A DNA stretch of 64,000 nt. Origin: a virus (taxonomy: Duplodnaviria; Caudoviricetes). The notes under the pieces are model-generated. The model searched no databases and was not told the DNA's origin. It saw nothing but the letters and a program-made list of their open reading frames with translations. The stretch lies in IMG/VR virus record IMGVR_UViG_3300010352_001543; one strand, written 5' to 3'. Below are positions 1-9,815 of the stretch, piece after piece; position 1 is the stretch's first letter; the number at the start of each line of letters is the position of its first letter. The translations under genes and the position numbers were made by a program.

Positions 1-1646
1 TGTGAATTTCTTGCTAAGAACTGTTGTACCCAAAATTTATATTCACCGTTTTTTAATGTTGGAATATCTTTAAAGTAAATATTTTCAATTGCTAACTTGC
101 CACATGGATTTGTATTATCTAAATCTAACAATCCACCACAAGAACTTGGATGATTATGACGATCTTTTCTAAATGGCGTAGAGTATCCAATGCTTTGATT
201 ACCTGGATGTTTACACCAGGCGTCAAGGTCAGAATTATCTCTTCCATCTGTATCATTCCAGATCATGGAAAATCTTAAAACACCATCAACTCGTCCACCA
301 GCATTTTTTACAGCTTCTTTAATTTGGCTTTTACCTGCTAAGTTGCCGTTAAATGTCCACGAGTAATTATTATCCCACTTGAAAATTGGTTTACTGTCTT
401 TAACATTCGCTGTGGTCAATGAAACTAAATTTCCTTCTTGATTGTTGGATAAATAAGCCTCAACTGAAGTACATCCGGGTAGAATGTCTTTCATAAACTT
501 ATCGATGCTTACTTCTTCTATTCCGTCAAATTCGCTTCGCTTATGTCTTGTTGATGTAGATTTAACACTATCAAATATTGACACTTTTTTTATGTCACCG
601 TCGCCGACATTAACGTGAAGAATTTCAGATGCTTTGATATCATCGATTGTAGCAAACCGTCTATTAAAAGATTCTTCATATCCATTCTCTTCTACGAATT
701 TCTTAGCTTCTTCAATTTGTCTTTTTGTAATTGGAGCGGTTGCTTTCATATAATTAGCAGGATCAACTCGTTTGTTCCAAGCTTTACAAGCATCGTTTAG
801 TTCTTTACCTTCGGCAAGTTCGGAACATAAAACACCCATCAATTCATTTTTAAATTTTGCGATTGGTAATTTATATGAGTTCAACCAACACCAATTATCT
901 TGTTTCTTTGGTGCTAATTCATCGTACTGTTTTTTAAGTATGATCATCTGCTCTATTTTGTACAAGTGTGTTTGACCATCAAGCAAACTGCCTTGATTAA
1001 TAAGGTCTTTCACTAAGTACAATGTATCTAATGGAATTTCTGCCATTGCTCGATGAAAAACTTGTTTGTCAGATTTATATTCACCCATTAGAGCTTCTAT
1101 AGATTTCGAATCCATATAGACAAATTCTTGTGGCAAATATAAATGCATATGATTGAAAGTCCTAAGCTCATTAGGCTTAACAACTCCATATTTTTCTGCT
1201 TCTTCTTTTGTATATCTTTTTACATTTTTTTCGATTCCAAGCTTAAATTTTTCATCGTTCTTTTTGATGTTACTATCATATGGTAAAAATTTAAGATCAT
1301 TGAAAGTTTCGAAAAAGACTTCTGAAATACCGGATGCTTTTAATGCTTCTGTAAGAGCTTTGGCCGGTGATAGATAATCTGCTGGTGCATCCACATCAAA
1401 CATTGTGATGATGTTTAGTTTTTCGTCAAGAGCAACAATGTTGCCATATCTACGAATAAAGTTATTACATAGATTACAATTATGGGTCGAACTATTCGGA
1501 TCTCTAAAGATTGGGTTGTATTCTTTCTCGAAAGAATTTATATACAATTCCCAAACTTGATGCCCGGTTAACGAGCTTCGGAATAATTTTCCAGTAGCGC
1601 ACATCTTATCGAATTGCGCCTGGATTAAGTGATTGAATTCAATCAT
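1..1646 (-). CDS. Large conserved phage protein, truncated at window edge (MIEFNHLIQAQF..., over 548 aa); C-terminal W-x(7,8)-SDLD segment resembling YfaP/DUF2135
   Basis: Manual translation is open from ATG at 1646 to the edge. Absent from the ORF track because no stop lies in the window. Preceded by promoter copy 1722-1746. Confidence 0.8.
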   Translation of the reverse strand, partial: MIEFNHLIQAQFDKMCATGKLFRSSLTGHQVWELYINSFEKEYNPIFRDPNSSTHNCNLCNNFIRRYGNIVALDEKLNIITMFDVDAPADYLSPAKALTEALKASGISEVFFETFNDLKFLPYDSNIKKNDEKFKLGIEKNVKRYTKEEAEKYGVVKPNELRTFNHMHLYLPQEFVYMDSKSIEALMGEYKSDKQVFHRAMAEIPLDTLYLVKDLINQGSLLDGQTHLYKIEQMIILKKQYDELAPKKQDNWCWLNSYKLPIAKFKNELMGVLCSELAEGKELNDACKAWNKRVDPANYMKATAPITKRQIEEAKKFVEENGYEESFNRRFATIDDIKASEILHVNVGDGDIKKVSIFDSVKSTSTRHKRSEFDGIEEVSIDKFMKDILPGCTSVEAYLSNNQEGNLVSLTTANVKDSKPIFKWDNNYSWTFNGNLAGKSQIKEAVKNAGGRVDGVLRFSMIWNDTDGRDNSDLDAWCKHPGNQSIGYSTPFRKDRHNHPSSCGGLLDLDNTNPCGKLAIENIYFKDIPTLKNGEYKFWVQQFLARNS

Positions 1647-1721
1647 AACTTACCTGTTTATTGCGTTAAACTCATAAGTACTACTTTTCCTATATGAGAA
1701 TGAGATATTTAAAATAATAAA

Positions 1722-1792
1722 GACGAAGCAAGTGTAATTTTATTGTAAACAAAAAAGAAAGAATTTTCAATTTATTTTAGAAAATTCTTTCT
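1722..1792 (-). promoter_or_regulatory. Terminator-hairpin plus promoter cassette, copy 1
   Basis: Inverted repeat AAAGAATTTTC...GAAAATTCTTT, then a T-run, then ACAATAAAA-N12-CGTC on the minus strand. Confidence 0.75.
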
Positions 1793-1822
1793 GATGATAT
1801 AAATCACAGGAACATTGACAAT

Positions 1823-2149
1823 TTATTTTTGGACGAGGTTTTTTTCTAAATCAACGGTGTACCAGTAACTATCCCAATAAACATATGCTTCCCCGTCTTT
1901 AGCATCAAATGCCCAAATTTTGGAACTGAAAAGAATGTCGTTGTTATATCCGCCTTTAAAAGTAATTGTATCCCCTATTTTCAGACCAAATTTTTCATTT
2001 TTATCTGTAAACATAGAAGATGGTTTGCTTTTAACCCATTTGTCAATATCATCTTTCATCTTTGGGTAAAACTTCGCATAAAGATCTATAACTTTTTGTT
2101 TCATGGATTCATTTAAGAATTCTTCACTTGTCAATACATGTTTTTCCAT
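1823..2149 (-). CDS. Hypothetical protein with capsid-targeting-like leader (MEKHVLTSEEFLNE)
   Basis: ORF; leader shared with many other ORFs in the window. Confidence 0.7.
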   Translation of the reverse strand: MEKHVLTSEEFLNESMKQKVIDLYAKFYPKMKDDIDKWVKSKPSSMFTDKNEKFGLKIGDTITFKGGYNNDILFSSKIWAFDAKDGEAYVYWDSYWYTVDLEKNLVQK

Positions 2150-2190
2150 ATTTTTACTTTTTTTTGTTATTATTTAAATTATATATTAAA

Positions 2191-2258
2191 GACGTTAATA
2201 ATGGAATTTTATTGTAAACAAAAAAGAAAGAATTTCAATTTATTTTGAAATTCTTTCT
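2191..2258 (-). promoter_or_regulatory. Terminator-hairpin plus promoter cassette, copy 2
   Basis: Same bipartite motif and hairpin as copy 1. Confidence 0.75.
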
Positions 2259-2260
2259 GC

Positions 2261-2350
2261 TGGTAGGAACAGGACTTGAACCTATATATAACTGAGCATA
2301 TCATCAGAGTTACCGCTTATTGCCTGTGTCTGCCATTCCACCATCCTACC
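2261..2350 (-). tRNA. tRNA-like RNA (Leu-type D arm, long variable arm) with degenerate anticodon arm; no encoded CCA
   Basis: Acceptor GGTAGGA/TCCTACC plus A73; D arm GTG-GAATGGCAGA-CAC; T arm ATAGG-TTCAAGT-CCTGT; anticodon stem pairs only 3 of 5 and lacks U33. Confidence 0.7.
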
Positions 2351-2356
2351 ATATTA

Positions 2357-2710
2357 TTAATCTACTGAAACAATTTTGAAAACAACAACGAAGTTGCTAT
2401 CTTTTGGCCAAGGTTTCCAATCTTCCCAATCATCGACTATATCAATCACAATTCCTTTTTTAGCGGCTTCGTCTTTTAATCTATCAGCAGTCGATTTTGA
2501 AGTTACTCCATGCCTATAGAAGAATCCTCGTTTAGCTACAATCGTTCCATCTTTCTTGAAAGTTATTTTATCGATTCCAGTATAAGTTGACTCGAAAAAA
2601 TTCTTTACCACTTTTTTAGTTTTAGCATCTAAAACTTTATCTACCGAAACTTCATCATCTTCATTTAAAGAATTACTCAAAAATTCTTGTCTTGTTTTTA
2701 CATTATTCAT
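2357..2710 (-). CDS. Hypothetical protein with capsid-targeting-like leader (MNNVKTRQEFLSNSLNE)
   Basis: ORF; leader motif. Confidence 0.7.
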   Translation of the reverse strand: MNNVKTRQEFLSNSLNEDDEVSVDKVLDAKTKKVVKNFFESTYTGIDKITFKKDGTIVAKRGFFYRHGVTSKSTADRLKDEAAKKGIVIDIVDDWEDWKPWPKDSNFVVVFKIVSVD

Positions 2711-2729
2711 TTTATTTTCTCTTTATTTT

Positions 2730-3116
2730 TTATTCGAAACCTAAGTCATTTGAAGGTGTTCTTCCACCACGTCCATCTTTTGCTTTTTGCATTTCTACTT
2801 GTGCTTGTTTCAATGTGATTAAAGTATACCATGCTGAGCCATAAACGGATGTTTGTTTTCCTTTGCGCTGTCCGGATTCTAAATCATAAGATTCGCCTCC
2901 AAATTCTTTTACACTTATTGATTTAGTAGCAACTGATTTCACTGTTCTTTTTTCAAAAGTATAGTACGTTCCGAGTTGTGGGTTATATCTTTACATCATT
3001 CTGACACAAGTATCACCTTTTTTCAGATCTTTAATAGTTTCAGCTTCTTCGCTTTCATTTAATTGATTTAAAGATTCATTCAAGAATTCTTCGCTGTTCA
3101 TAACATATTTTTTCAT
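2730..3116 (-). pseudogene. Leader-bearing gene (MKKYVMNSEEFLNE...) interrupted by in-frame TAA at 2991-2993
   Basis: ATG at 3116 is in frame with track ORF 2730..2942; there is a single internal stop at codon 42. Confidence 0.7.
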
Positions 3117-3158
3117 AGTTTACTTTTTTTTATTATAATATTTATTTTATATATTAAA

Positions 3159-3183
3159 GACGTCAATAATGGAATTTTATTGT
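3159..3183 (-). promoter_or_regulatory. Promoter motif copy 3 (ACAATAAAA-N12-CGTC)
   Basis: Exact motif and spacing upstream of ATG 3116. Confidence 0.7.
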
Positions 3184-3203
3184 AATTGAATATGAAAATT
3201 AAA

Positions 3204-3410
3204 TTATGTACAACCTTTTGGTTTAATTTTACCAGATTTTAATTCATCTTCGACCTGTTTTCTCATTGAATTAATAAACCAATCATCTTTTGTAAAATAT
3301 CCTGAGCAAGTCCTATATAAATCAATGTAATCAACTTTAGTTATGTTCGATGGTATTTCGGGGGCATAAATCTTTGTTAAATAAATGCAAGATTTGAATG
3401 TATTTTTCAT
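3204..3410 (-). CDS. Hypothetical protein
   Basis: ORF in co-oriented gene run. Confidence 0.55.
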   Translation of the reverse strand: MKNTFKSCIYLTKIYAPEIPSNITKVDYIDLYRTCSGYFTKDDWFINSMRKQVEDELKSGKIKPKGCT

Positions 3411-3421
3411 TTTTGTACTAA

Positions 3422-4171
3422 CTACTGAATATATTCTTTATTGAATGCTTCTTCCGATCCCATCATCTCAATCATTTTTTCTTTCCAACCTCCATCTCTA
3501 CTTTGGATAACATCCCAGCTGATATGTATATAGTTGCATCCGTTCCGGAGATTTTCAGCGTCATCACAAAGAGTATAGAAATGTGTTGGTTCGAAACTTT
3601 TCATTTCTTCTACCCATTCTTCTTTGCTCATTGGTGTTGATGAAATGATTAGATTATCAATTTCATAAGGCAATTCTAAATCCACTTGTTTCAAAAAATC
3701 ACCTTGTTCGTCCCTTGTAGCGTATGCAAAATTATCATAATAACAAGCATCAATTTTACGAACATCAGTTCCATAAAATACAACATCCTTTAAAGATTTA
3801 GCATAAAATATACTGTTCTCTGTTGAAGTAGTATCAATCTTACCGTTAATTAACCGATGTACTTTGACATCCTGATCTCTTAAGTGTTTGTTCAAACACT
3901 TTCTTGTATGCTCCAAACGGGAAGATTTTCCGAGCAGAACAATATTTTTGTTTGTATTATATTTTATATACCAAGTAAGGTACAATATTGTAGTTCTGGT
4001 AACACCAACCTGACGGGCATTACATATAACTGTTTTTTGATTTGATTCGAATGACTCTATCATTCTCTTTTGATGGCCCATCAACTTGATCTGACTACCA
4101 TCTTCCCATTTACAACAATTTTCTATAAAGTAAATAGGATCATTTTCATATAATATCTCTTCGTTTGTCAT
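3422..4171 (-). CDS. Degenerate T4 gp17-like terminase large-subunit ATPase domain (no nuclease domain)
   Basis: DPIYF..N, Q motif (HQK), ARQVGVT (Walker A lacking K), YYDNFA (Walker B lacking E), IISSTP, W..RD..W, F.kEY ending. Confidence 0.7.
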   Translation of the reverse strand: MTNEEILYENDPIYFIENCCKWEDGSQIKLMGHQKRMIESFESNQKTVICNARQVGVTRTTILYLTWYIKYNTNKNIVLLGKSSRLEHTRKCLNKHLRDQDVKVHRLINGKIDTTSTENSIFYAKSLKDVVFYGTDVRKIDACYYDNFAYATRDEQGDFLKQVDLELPYEIDNLIISSTPMSKEEWVEEMKSFEPTHFYTLCDDAENLRNGCNYIHISWDVIQSRDGGWKEKMIEMMGSEEAFNKEYIQ

Positions 4172-4189
4172 TTTTGTATTTCCTTTATT

Positions 4190-5077
4190 TTAATCTCTTG
4201 AAGTTTCTTCAAATTCATCTGTTGCTCCATAAGCATCTATTAATTGTCTTACTTTTTCTATGTCTTGTTCTTCTTTTAAAAATAAGCAAAATTGTGGATA
4301 CCAACCAACCATTCCTTCTATTTCTGGTTTATTCTCATTTAGTAAATAAACAGAATATAAAATTTCTCCACGGTCATCTGTTTGTATAGATTCAACAATA
4401 GCATCTTTCCCTCGTTCGAAAGTTTCCATATCGTCCGGAAGAATCTCTGATATTTTTACAAAATCACCAACAGAAAAAGTATGTTTTTTCGCAACTTCGC
4501 TATCGCTTGGCCTACTGTAAGGAACATGAGCATAAAGATATTTAATGTCTTTATCAAACGAATCAAGACGTTTATTTTGATCATCAAAATCATGTATTAA
4601 TGAATTGAAACTATTTGATAAATAATCGATGTAATTATGCAATAATATAATTGTTTCTTCTGTTGTTATTTCTTTTTTGAGATCATTTTTAATTAGAAGA
4701 AAATCAATTTTATGTTTTTCTAAAATATGATGTAAATATGATCGAAAATCCATTCCTTCAATCTTTGTAATATTATTAAACATTATAGTATCTTTATGTG
4801 TTAAACCCTCGGAATACTCATTTTCTATAAGAATATCACAAAAACTATAATCATCTAATAGGTTCATCATTAATTGATACTTTGTTCCATCAACTATTTT
4901 TTCAAAAACCAAACTATTTTTTGTGTGTAATGCTCCATAAGGTATAAAGTTTTCTACTCTAACAAATCCAGATTGAATCAAGAACTTATAATCCATTTCA
5001 TTTAATATTTTCATTTTAATCCTCTTCGGTAATAAAATAATCTTCTTTAAATAGTTCTTGGAAAACAAAATCAACAT
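4190..5077 (-). CDS. Hypothetical protein (true start probably at MKILNE, ~5014)
   Basis: Long ORF. Confidence 0.65.
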   Translation of the reverse strand: MLILFSKNYLKKIILLPKRIKMKILNEMDYKFLIQSGFVRVENFIPYGALHTKNSLVFEKIVDGTKYQLMMNLLDDYSFCDILIENEYSEGLTHKDTIMFNNITKIEGMDFRSYLHHILEKHKIDFLLIKNDLKKEITTEETIILLHNYIDYLSNSFNSLIHDFDDQNKRLDSFDKDIKYLYAHVPYSRPSDSEVAKKHTFSVGDFVKISEILPDDMETFERGKDAIVESIQTDDRGEILYSVYLLNENKPEIEGMVGWYPQFCLFLKEEQDIEKVRQLIDAYGATDEFEETSRD

Positions 5078-5309
5078 ATTTGTTCTCTTTTAATATAACA
5101 TAGTCATTCAAATGACAAACAATACAAATTTCTAAGTTGTTGTCAATTGGCATCTTCAAAATTGGATTGTTGTCTCTATCAAAGCAAGGTTGGACAGACA
5201 TATTATGTTGTTTGATCCAACTATAAACTTGATTTTTATTTTGGTCGGTAAATTGAACAGCCTCCACTATTTTACCAGTAACCAGCCGTTGGTACTTATT
5301 GATTTCCAT
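5016..5309 (-). CDS. Conserved small phage protein (VEAVQF..., PGDYG-like family)
   Basis: VEAVQFT...DYVI...F.E.Y pattern; similar to 10236..10550. Confidence 0.55.
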   Translation of the reverse strand: MEINKYQRLVTGKIVEAVQFTDQNKNQVYSWIKQHNMSVQPCFDRDNNPILKMPIDNNLEICIVCHLNDYVILKENKYVDFVFQELFKEDYFITEED

Positions 5310-5895
5310 TTAATCTCTCTCGTTCCTCATATTCTTTAATTATTTTATCCACTAATTCTCTTACAGTCATACATGATAAATTTTTTACATTTAAAGTTTC
5401 GTCAATGTAAGAAGGATTTTCACAATGACCAAAAGCATATGTTAAATGGATATAATCAACATCCAAATCATCTATATCAAAACTAAATTCATTACAAATA
5501 TCTATATTATAAACATCTTCACCGTAGTAATCTTTTACTACTGTTTGCATCACTTCTTTTGCTTTGTTAAGAAGTTTATGGTATTCAATGACTATATGCT
5601 TTTTGTTTCCGGGTGGAGGAATATTAGTTCTATCAAGAATTAAATCAACAAAAAGTTCCTGTTTCAACGCTTCTAAATTTTCCAAAGCTTCTATTTGTGT
5701 TTTACCATCGGCAAAGAAACTTCTAAGCGCGTTCAGAGGTGGAATATTTAGTTCTGGAATACTGGCACACCAACCTTCAAAAATTTCATCTTTGAAATAT
5801 GTTAATTTTATCTCATATTTTCGGCTCATGTATTCTTCCAACTGAGCAAGTTGATTTCCACCTAACGAATGATATATTTCTGATCTTGTCATCAT
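5296..5895 (-). CDS. HicB-like antitoxin domain fused to a phage-specific C-terminal domain
   Basis: Y.I.L.....GWCASIPEL...ADGKT..EALENL.......IPPP HicB pattern; no adjacent HicA. Confidence 0.65.
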   Translation of the reverse strand: MMTRSEIYHSLGGNQLAQLEEYMSRKYEIKLTYFKDEIFEGWCASIPELNIPPLNALRSFFADGKTQIEALENLEALKQELFVDLILDRTNIPPPGNKKHIVIEYHKLLNKAKEVMQTVVKDYYGEDVYNIDICNEFSFDIDDLDVDYIHLTYAFGHCENPSYIDETLNVKNLSCMTVRELVDKIIKEYEERERLNGNQ

Positions 5896-5900
5896 TTTAT

Positions 5901-6461
5901 TTACTCACCATCCAATTTATAAGTATTTGAAACTGTCGTATCAGGTATTTGTATAATATATTTTGTCTTAATTATATTATAATTAATATAACCAAATCGT
6001 CCTATAAATTTATTGTGTTTTGTTTTAGCGAATTCTTTCCATTTCGTAATAAGTTTATGATTGTTTTTAGTGAATACTATAGTAGCATCATCACTTCTAA
6101 TCTTTTTCAATACAACACCCGAATTTGTTTTAACATACATAATATAATACATTTCTTCCCCTATCATTCCACTTCCAAAGAACAATCCTGAACTGAAACT
6201 ACCTGTTATATTTGAATTATCTTTCAGACACATAATTTCTTCTTTTTTCTGAAGGTTCGATATATCAGCGGAGGTGAAAAGAGTACATATCAAATAAATA
6301 ATAAATCCAATCATACATCCTCCTAAACCAACTACCAGTGTAAGAGCTAACTTACCCCAGAAACAACCTTTTAAATCATCATTTGTATTCATAAAAATAG
6401 CAAAAATTATCATTGCTAATAGAGCAGTTCCACCAAGACAAATTTCTAATAATGTTATCAT
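5901..6461 (-). CDS. Membrane protein, paralog of 58294..58869
   Basis: Two N-terminal TM helices; shared LKDNS...GSF.SGLFF.SG.IGEEMYY.MYVKT and YKLDGE ending. Confidence 0.7.
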   Translation of the reverse strand: MITLLEICLGGTALLAMIIFAIFMNTNDDLKGCFWGKLALTLVVGLGGCMIGFIIYLICTLFTSADISNLQKKEEIMCLKDNSNITGSFSSGLFFGSGMIGEEMYYIMYVKTNSGVVLKKIRSDDATIVFTKNNHKLITKWKEFAKTKHNKFIGRFGYINYNIIKTKYIIQIPDTTVSNTYKLDGE

Positions 6462-6917
6462 TGTTGATTGTCCTCTAATTCTTTAGTAGTTTCATCAATT
6501 AATTGAGTAAGTCCTTTTATATTGAAATCATGAAAATCTATTTGTTCTTGGATGACAGCAAATCTAAATGAATCTTTTGAATATTCTTTTTGCCATTCTT
6601 GTAACATTACAAGACCTATTTCATAATTATGTAAATCTTTTTTCCAGCGTTCTATTATTTCATTCATGATTTTTTAGTTCCTTTTCAATTTTATTTATTA
6701 ATTTTGTTTGACTATCTATACAATAATTTGAAATATCGATTTGTTCTTGAATGATAGCAGTTTTGAAAGAACCTTTAGGATATTCTTTCTGCCATTCGAT
6801 TAACATTTCGACACCCTTTTTGTGAACTTTGTTGTCTTGTTTCCATCGTTCAATCATTCCATTTAGTTCGAAATTTTTGAAACTTTGTTGAATATATTCT
6901 TTATTACAAGGCTGCAT
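6458..6917 (-). CDS. Two tandem paralogous small coiled-coil proteins (6458..6667, 6660..6917)
   Basis: Shared IERWK.D....G..ML.EWQKEY...SF..A.IQEQID. Confidence 0.65.
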
Positions 6918-8292
6918 TTTTTCTTATCTCTTCAAATGTATATTCTTTTACAATTTCACCATTCAAAAATACAGTTTCTAGTAAATCTTTTTTATCACTC
7001 CATTCCGGATGAGTATCAAAACGTCCTTCTACTTTTACTAATTTCAATCTACCGCTCTTGCTCATCTTACCCGGATCAGTGACTGGGTTTTTAAATACCA
7101 ATACATCATTGCCTGCTACAATTACATTAGAACATTTGAAAGCGAATTTTTGTTCATCCCTGTCATGTTTCTGTAGTAAACTTCCGCCACAACCAAATGC
7201 AATGTTCTCTGCCGCCCATCCAGCATTTTTGAAAACTTTCAAAATTTCTTCAATTGTATCAATATTTACACCATCACCTTGAATGATTCTAATATGTGGA
7301 TTAAGAACTTTATAACCTTTTGAATTTATGGCGAAACCAAATCTGTCGCCAAGAATATTGATGACTTTTAGACATACTGTCGCTGGATCACCTGAATCCG
7401 GGCGGACCACTAAAACACCATCTCTATTTAAAATTTGATCTCTTAGTTCAGTTCCCCAAAGTTCCCAACAAGCATTGTAAATGTCAAATGAATCTGACAC
7501 ACAAGCTATAGTGCCTGTTGGATAAACTTCTAACATATTTCTATATGCATTCAATTCACCCAAACGACCCCATGATGTAATGGTGCTGTGCTCGGATGCT
7601 GGAATCGAAAAACCAACTATATCGTTAGTATTATAGTAGTCCATAATGAAACTTAATACAATGACATCATCTGTGCCCATAAAATTGACTAAATGGGAGC
7701 TTCCACCGATACATGCAGATTCCTCCGAACTAACACCTCTATAACCAAAACTATGAAACTTGAACAATAGTTCAGCCATTATATTTTCACATCCAGTATC
7801 TTCTAAATAGCGTTTGATTATTTTCTTTACTTCCCTGCTATAAGTAGCAACTGTACAAGGATACCAAACTTTGACTAACAATGTTTCCAAGAAATTTGTT
7901 AGCCAATAACATTTAGGATCTGTGTTTACTATAGTCATCAAAACATTCTTATAAGAAACCGGAGTTCCTTCAGGAACAGCTTTGATTTCTATCGGCAATT
8001 TACCATTATGATGTTCAACTATGTATTCCCATCCTTCACGATTAAAAATATTGCCGTGATTTCCAATATGAGTATTAATTATCTTTTCGGCTTTGTCGAT
8101 GTCTTCATTGGTAACAACAGTACCAGCTAAATATTCTTTAAGATAATACTGAAGACCATAAAATACTACATCTTCAAATTTACCGCCGCGACTTTCAAAG
8201 TATGAATAAACCTCAGTAGTGCCCAGTGGGTACTGTGGATACTGAGTATATTTATAACTATCTGACCTTAATATTATTGGTTGTTTTTCCAT
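6904..8292 (-). CDS. nadV: Nicotinamide phosphoribosyltransferase (NAMPT)
   Basis: SDSYK, YFESRGG, WYPCTVAT, FG.RG.SS, PASEHS, VSDSFD, RPDSGDP, IQGDGV, FG.GG.LLQ, K.PVTDPGK.SK.G motifs. Confidence 0.95.
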   Translation of the reverse strand: MEKQPIILRSDSYKYTQYPQYPLGTTEVYSYFESRGGKFEDVVFYGLQYYLKEYLAGTVVTNEDIDKAEKIINTHIGNHGNIFNREGWEYIVEHHNGKLPIEIKAVPEGTPVSYKNVLMTIVNTDPKCYWLTNFLETLLVKVWYPCTVATYSREVKKIIKRYLEDTGCENIMAELLFKFHSFGYRGVSSEESACIGGSSHLVNFMGTDDVIVLSFIMDYYNTNDIVGFSIPASEHSTITSWGRLGELNAYRNMLEVYPTGTIACVSDSFDIYNACWELWGTELRDQILNRDGVLVVRPDSGDPATVCLKVINILGDRFGFAINSKGYKVLNPHIRIIQGDGVNIDTIEEILKVFKNAGWAAENIAFGCGGSLLQKHDRDEQKFAFKCSNVIVAGNDVLVFKNPVTDPGKMSKSGRLKLVKVEGRFDTHPEWSDKKDLLETVFLNGEIVKEYTFEEIRKNAAL

Positions 8293-8293
8293 T

Positions 8294-8845
8294 TTATTTT
8301 GATTCCTTATTTAAAAAATTTATTATTTCATTCGCTAATTGCTCATCATATATTTTTACTAATGGTCTTTCCTCATGTAATGTTCCTGATTCATTTGTTT
8401 TACTTATTAGCCATTGATGAGTATTTGGTATCATTACAAGTTGATCATCAGAAGATATTTTATACTTGTCAGTTTCATGTAAATGATATTTCTTTGGCTT
8501 ATTCTGCATTATTCTATTATTTTGATCGTCTAAATCGATAATTTCTGGTCTATCTATAGCTAAATTATCATCTGATTTATATTCATAAAGACCATCTAAT
8601 TTACCATCACTTTTTAGATCATTCATTGTTATACTAACATGCAATTCTTCTGTAAAACGTGCAGTCATAAATTGATATCGATATTGCTCTTCTAATAACA
8701 ATTTTCCTTTTTCATCATATACTCGACCAATTCCTGTATAGTTATGGAACATTTGCTTCCAAGGATTATAATATTCTTCAGTCTTAAAAGTATAATATTT
8801 GTTTTCAAATTTAACTTTAACTTCATCAACAGGTTTCATTTTCAT
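8294..8845 (-). CDS. Hypothetical protein
   Basis: ORF. Confidence 0.6.
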   Translation of the reverse strand: MKMKPVDEVKVKFENKYYTFKTEEYYNPWKQMFHNYTGIGRVYDEKGKLLLEEQYRYQFMTARFTEELHVSITMNDLKSDGKLDGLYEYKSDDNLAIDRPEIIDLDDQNNRIMQNKPKKYHLHETDKYKISSDDQLVMIPNTHQWLISKTNESGTLHEERPLVKIYDEQLANEIINFLNKESK

Positions 8846-8851
8846 TTTATT

Positions 8852-9463
8852 TTATCTACCATAATATGTGTTATTCCATGTAATTTTACCATCGAATCCT
8901 AAATCGCTTAAGGATTTATCTAAATCATCTATAGTATTCCCAATCACTTCAATATCAATTTCAAAATCATTAAAACTTTTATGATTGACTTCTGAATTAT
9001 ATGTTCTATTGAGATTGCTGTCATATGATATATGTTGATCAAATTTTTCATCTCCTATAGGAGCTTCCAAACCTTTTATCTGTTTTTTATCATAATGTAA
9101 ATCTAAGTACCTGTCGATGGTCGCTTTTAAATAAACAGATCCGTGAAATTTGTTATGCCTTTTATGGGTCGCCCTGCCACTTAATGAACCACGAAATCCA
9201 CGAATTTTCAATAAGCTATTTGTATAGATTTTGTTTCCTTTTTTGTCTTTCTTCCCAATGTACATTCCGATACTTTCTGGAGAAACAAAATGTTGATCTC
9301 TACCATCAAGAATACAAAATCTTCTTTCACCTTTATTAGCGTCATAGTAGTGATGTAAGCATCCACTGATCCATCCTTCATTATCATATATTCTTTTGCC
9401 TCTAAATTTTACCTCAGACAAATCGATTGGACTATTCATTATTGTCGATTCTTCCATAGTCAC
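8852..9463 (-). CDS. YopX-family protein
   Basis: KFRGKR, IGMYIGKKDKKGNKIY, IEVIGN. Confidence 0.7.
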   Translation of the reverse strand: MTMEESTIMNSPIDLSEVKFRGKRIYDNEGWISGCLHHYYDANKGERRFCILDGRDQHFVSPESIGMYIGKKDKKGNKIYTNSLLKIRGFRGSLSGRATHKRHNKFHGSVYLKATIDRYLDLHYDKKQIKGLEAPIGDEKFDQHISYDSNLNRTYNSEVNHKSFNDFEIDIEVIGNTIDDLDKSLSDLGFDGKITWNNTYYGR

Positions 9464-9815
9464 CTTTCCATAATTCAGGGTTATTAAAACGATTTCCTAT
9501 TACTGCTAAGTTAGGCGAATCCAATGTTTGATAAAAATTGGAACCGCCCGCTTCATCGATTGCGTTGAAGCAAGCAAGTTTTTCATCCCAAATAACAAGC
9601 GTAGTTGTTTCATGTTTTGAATGATATAAAATATCATATCGGTAAATATCATATCCGTGTTTGTCTTCCAATCCAATTTGTTCCATTACTGGAAAATTGA
9701 ATTTATAAGCATCTTTCCAAAAAAATTCCAAATTATTGAGTTTAGAATTCCAATAAGCAAAACTTTTAGTTTCTTTATCCCAATAACGAAAACCATATAC
9801 TCTATTTTTGATCAT
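9432..9815 (-). CDS. YopX-family protein
   Basis: FRYWDK, QIGLEDKHG.DIY.YDIL, VIGNRFNNPEL. Confidence 0.8.
   Translation of the reverse strand: MIKNRVYGFRYWDKETKSFAYWNSKLNNLEFFWKDAYKFNFPVMEQIGLEDKHGYDIYRYDILYHSKHETTTLVIWDEKLACFNAIDEAGGSNFYQTLDSPNLAVIGNRFNNPELWKGDYGRIDNNE

Noticed and set aside
2301-2307. CTGATGA as a hammerhead ribozyme core
   Set aside because: There is no downstream GAAA or matching stems; it lies in the variable arm of the tRNA-like RNA.
3422-4171. The phage's functional terminase large subunit
   Set aside because: Too short, no nuclease domain, Walker motifs degenerate and no packaging genes nearby.
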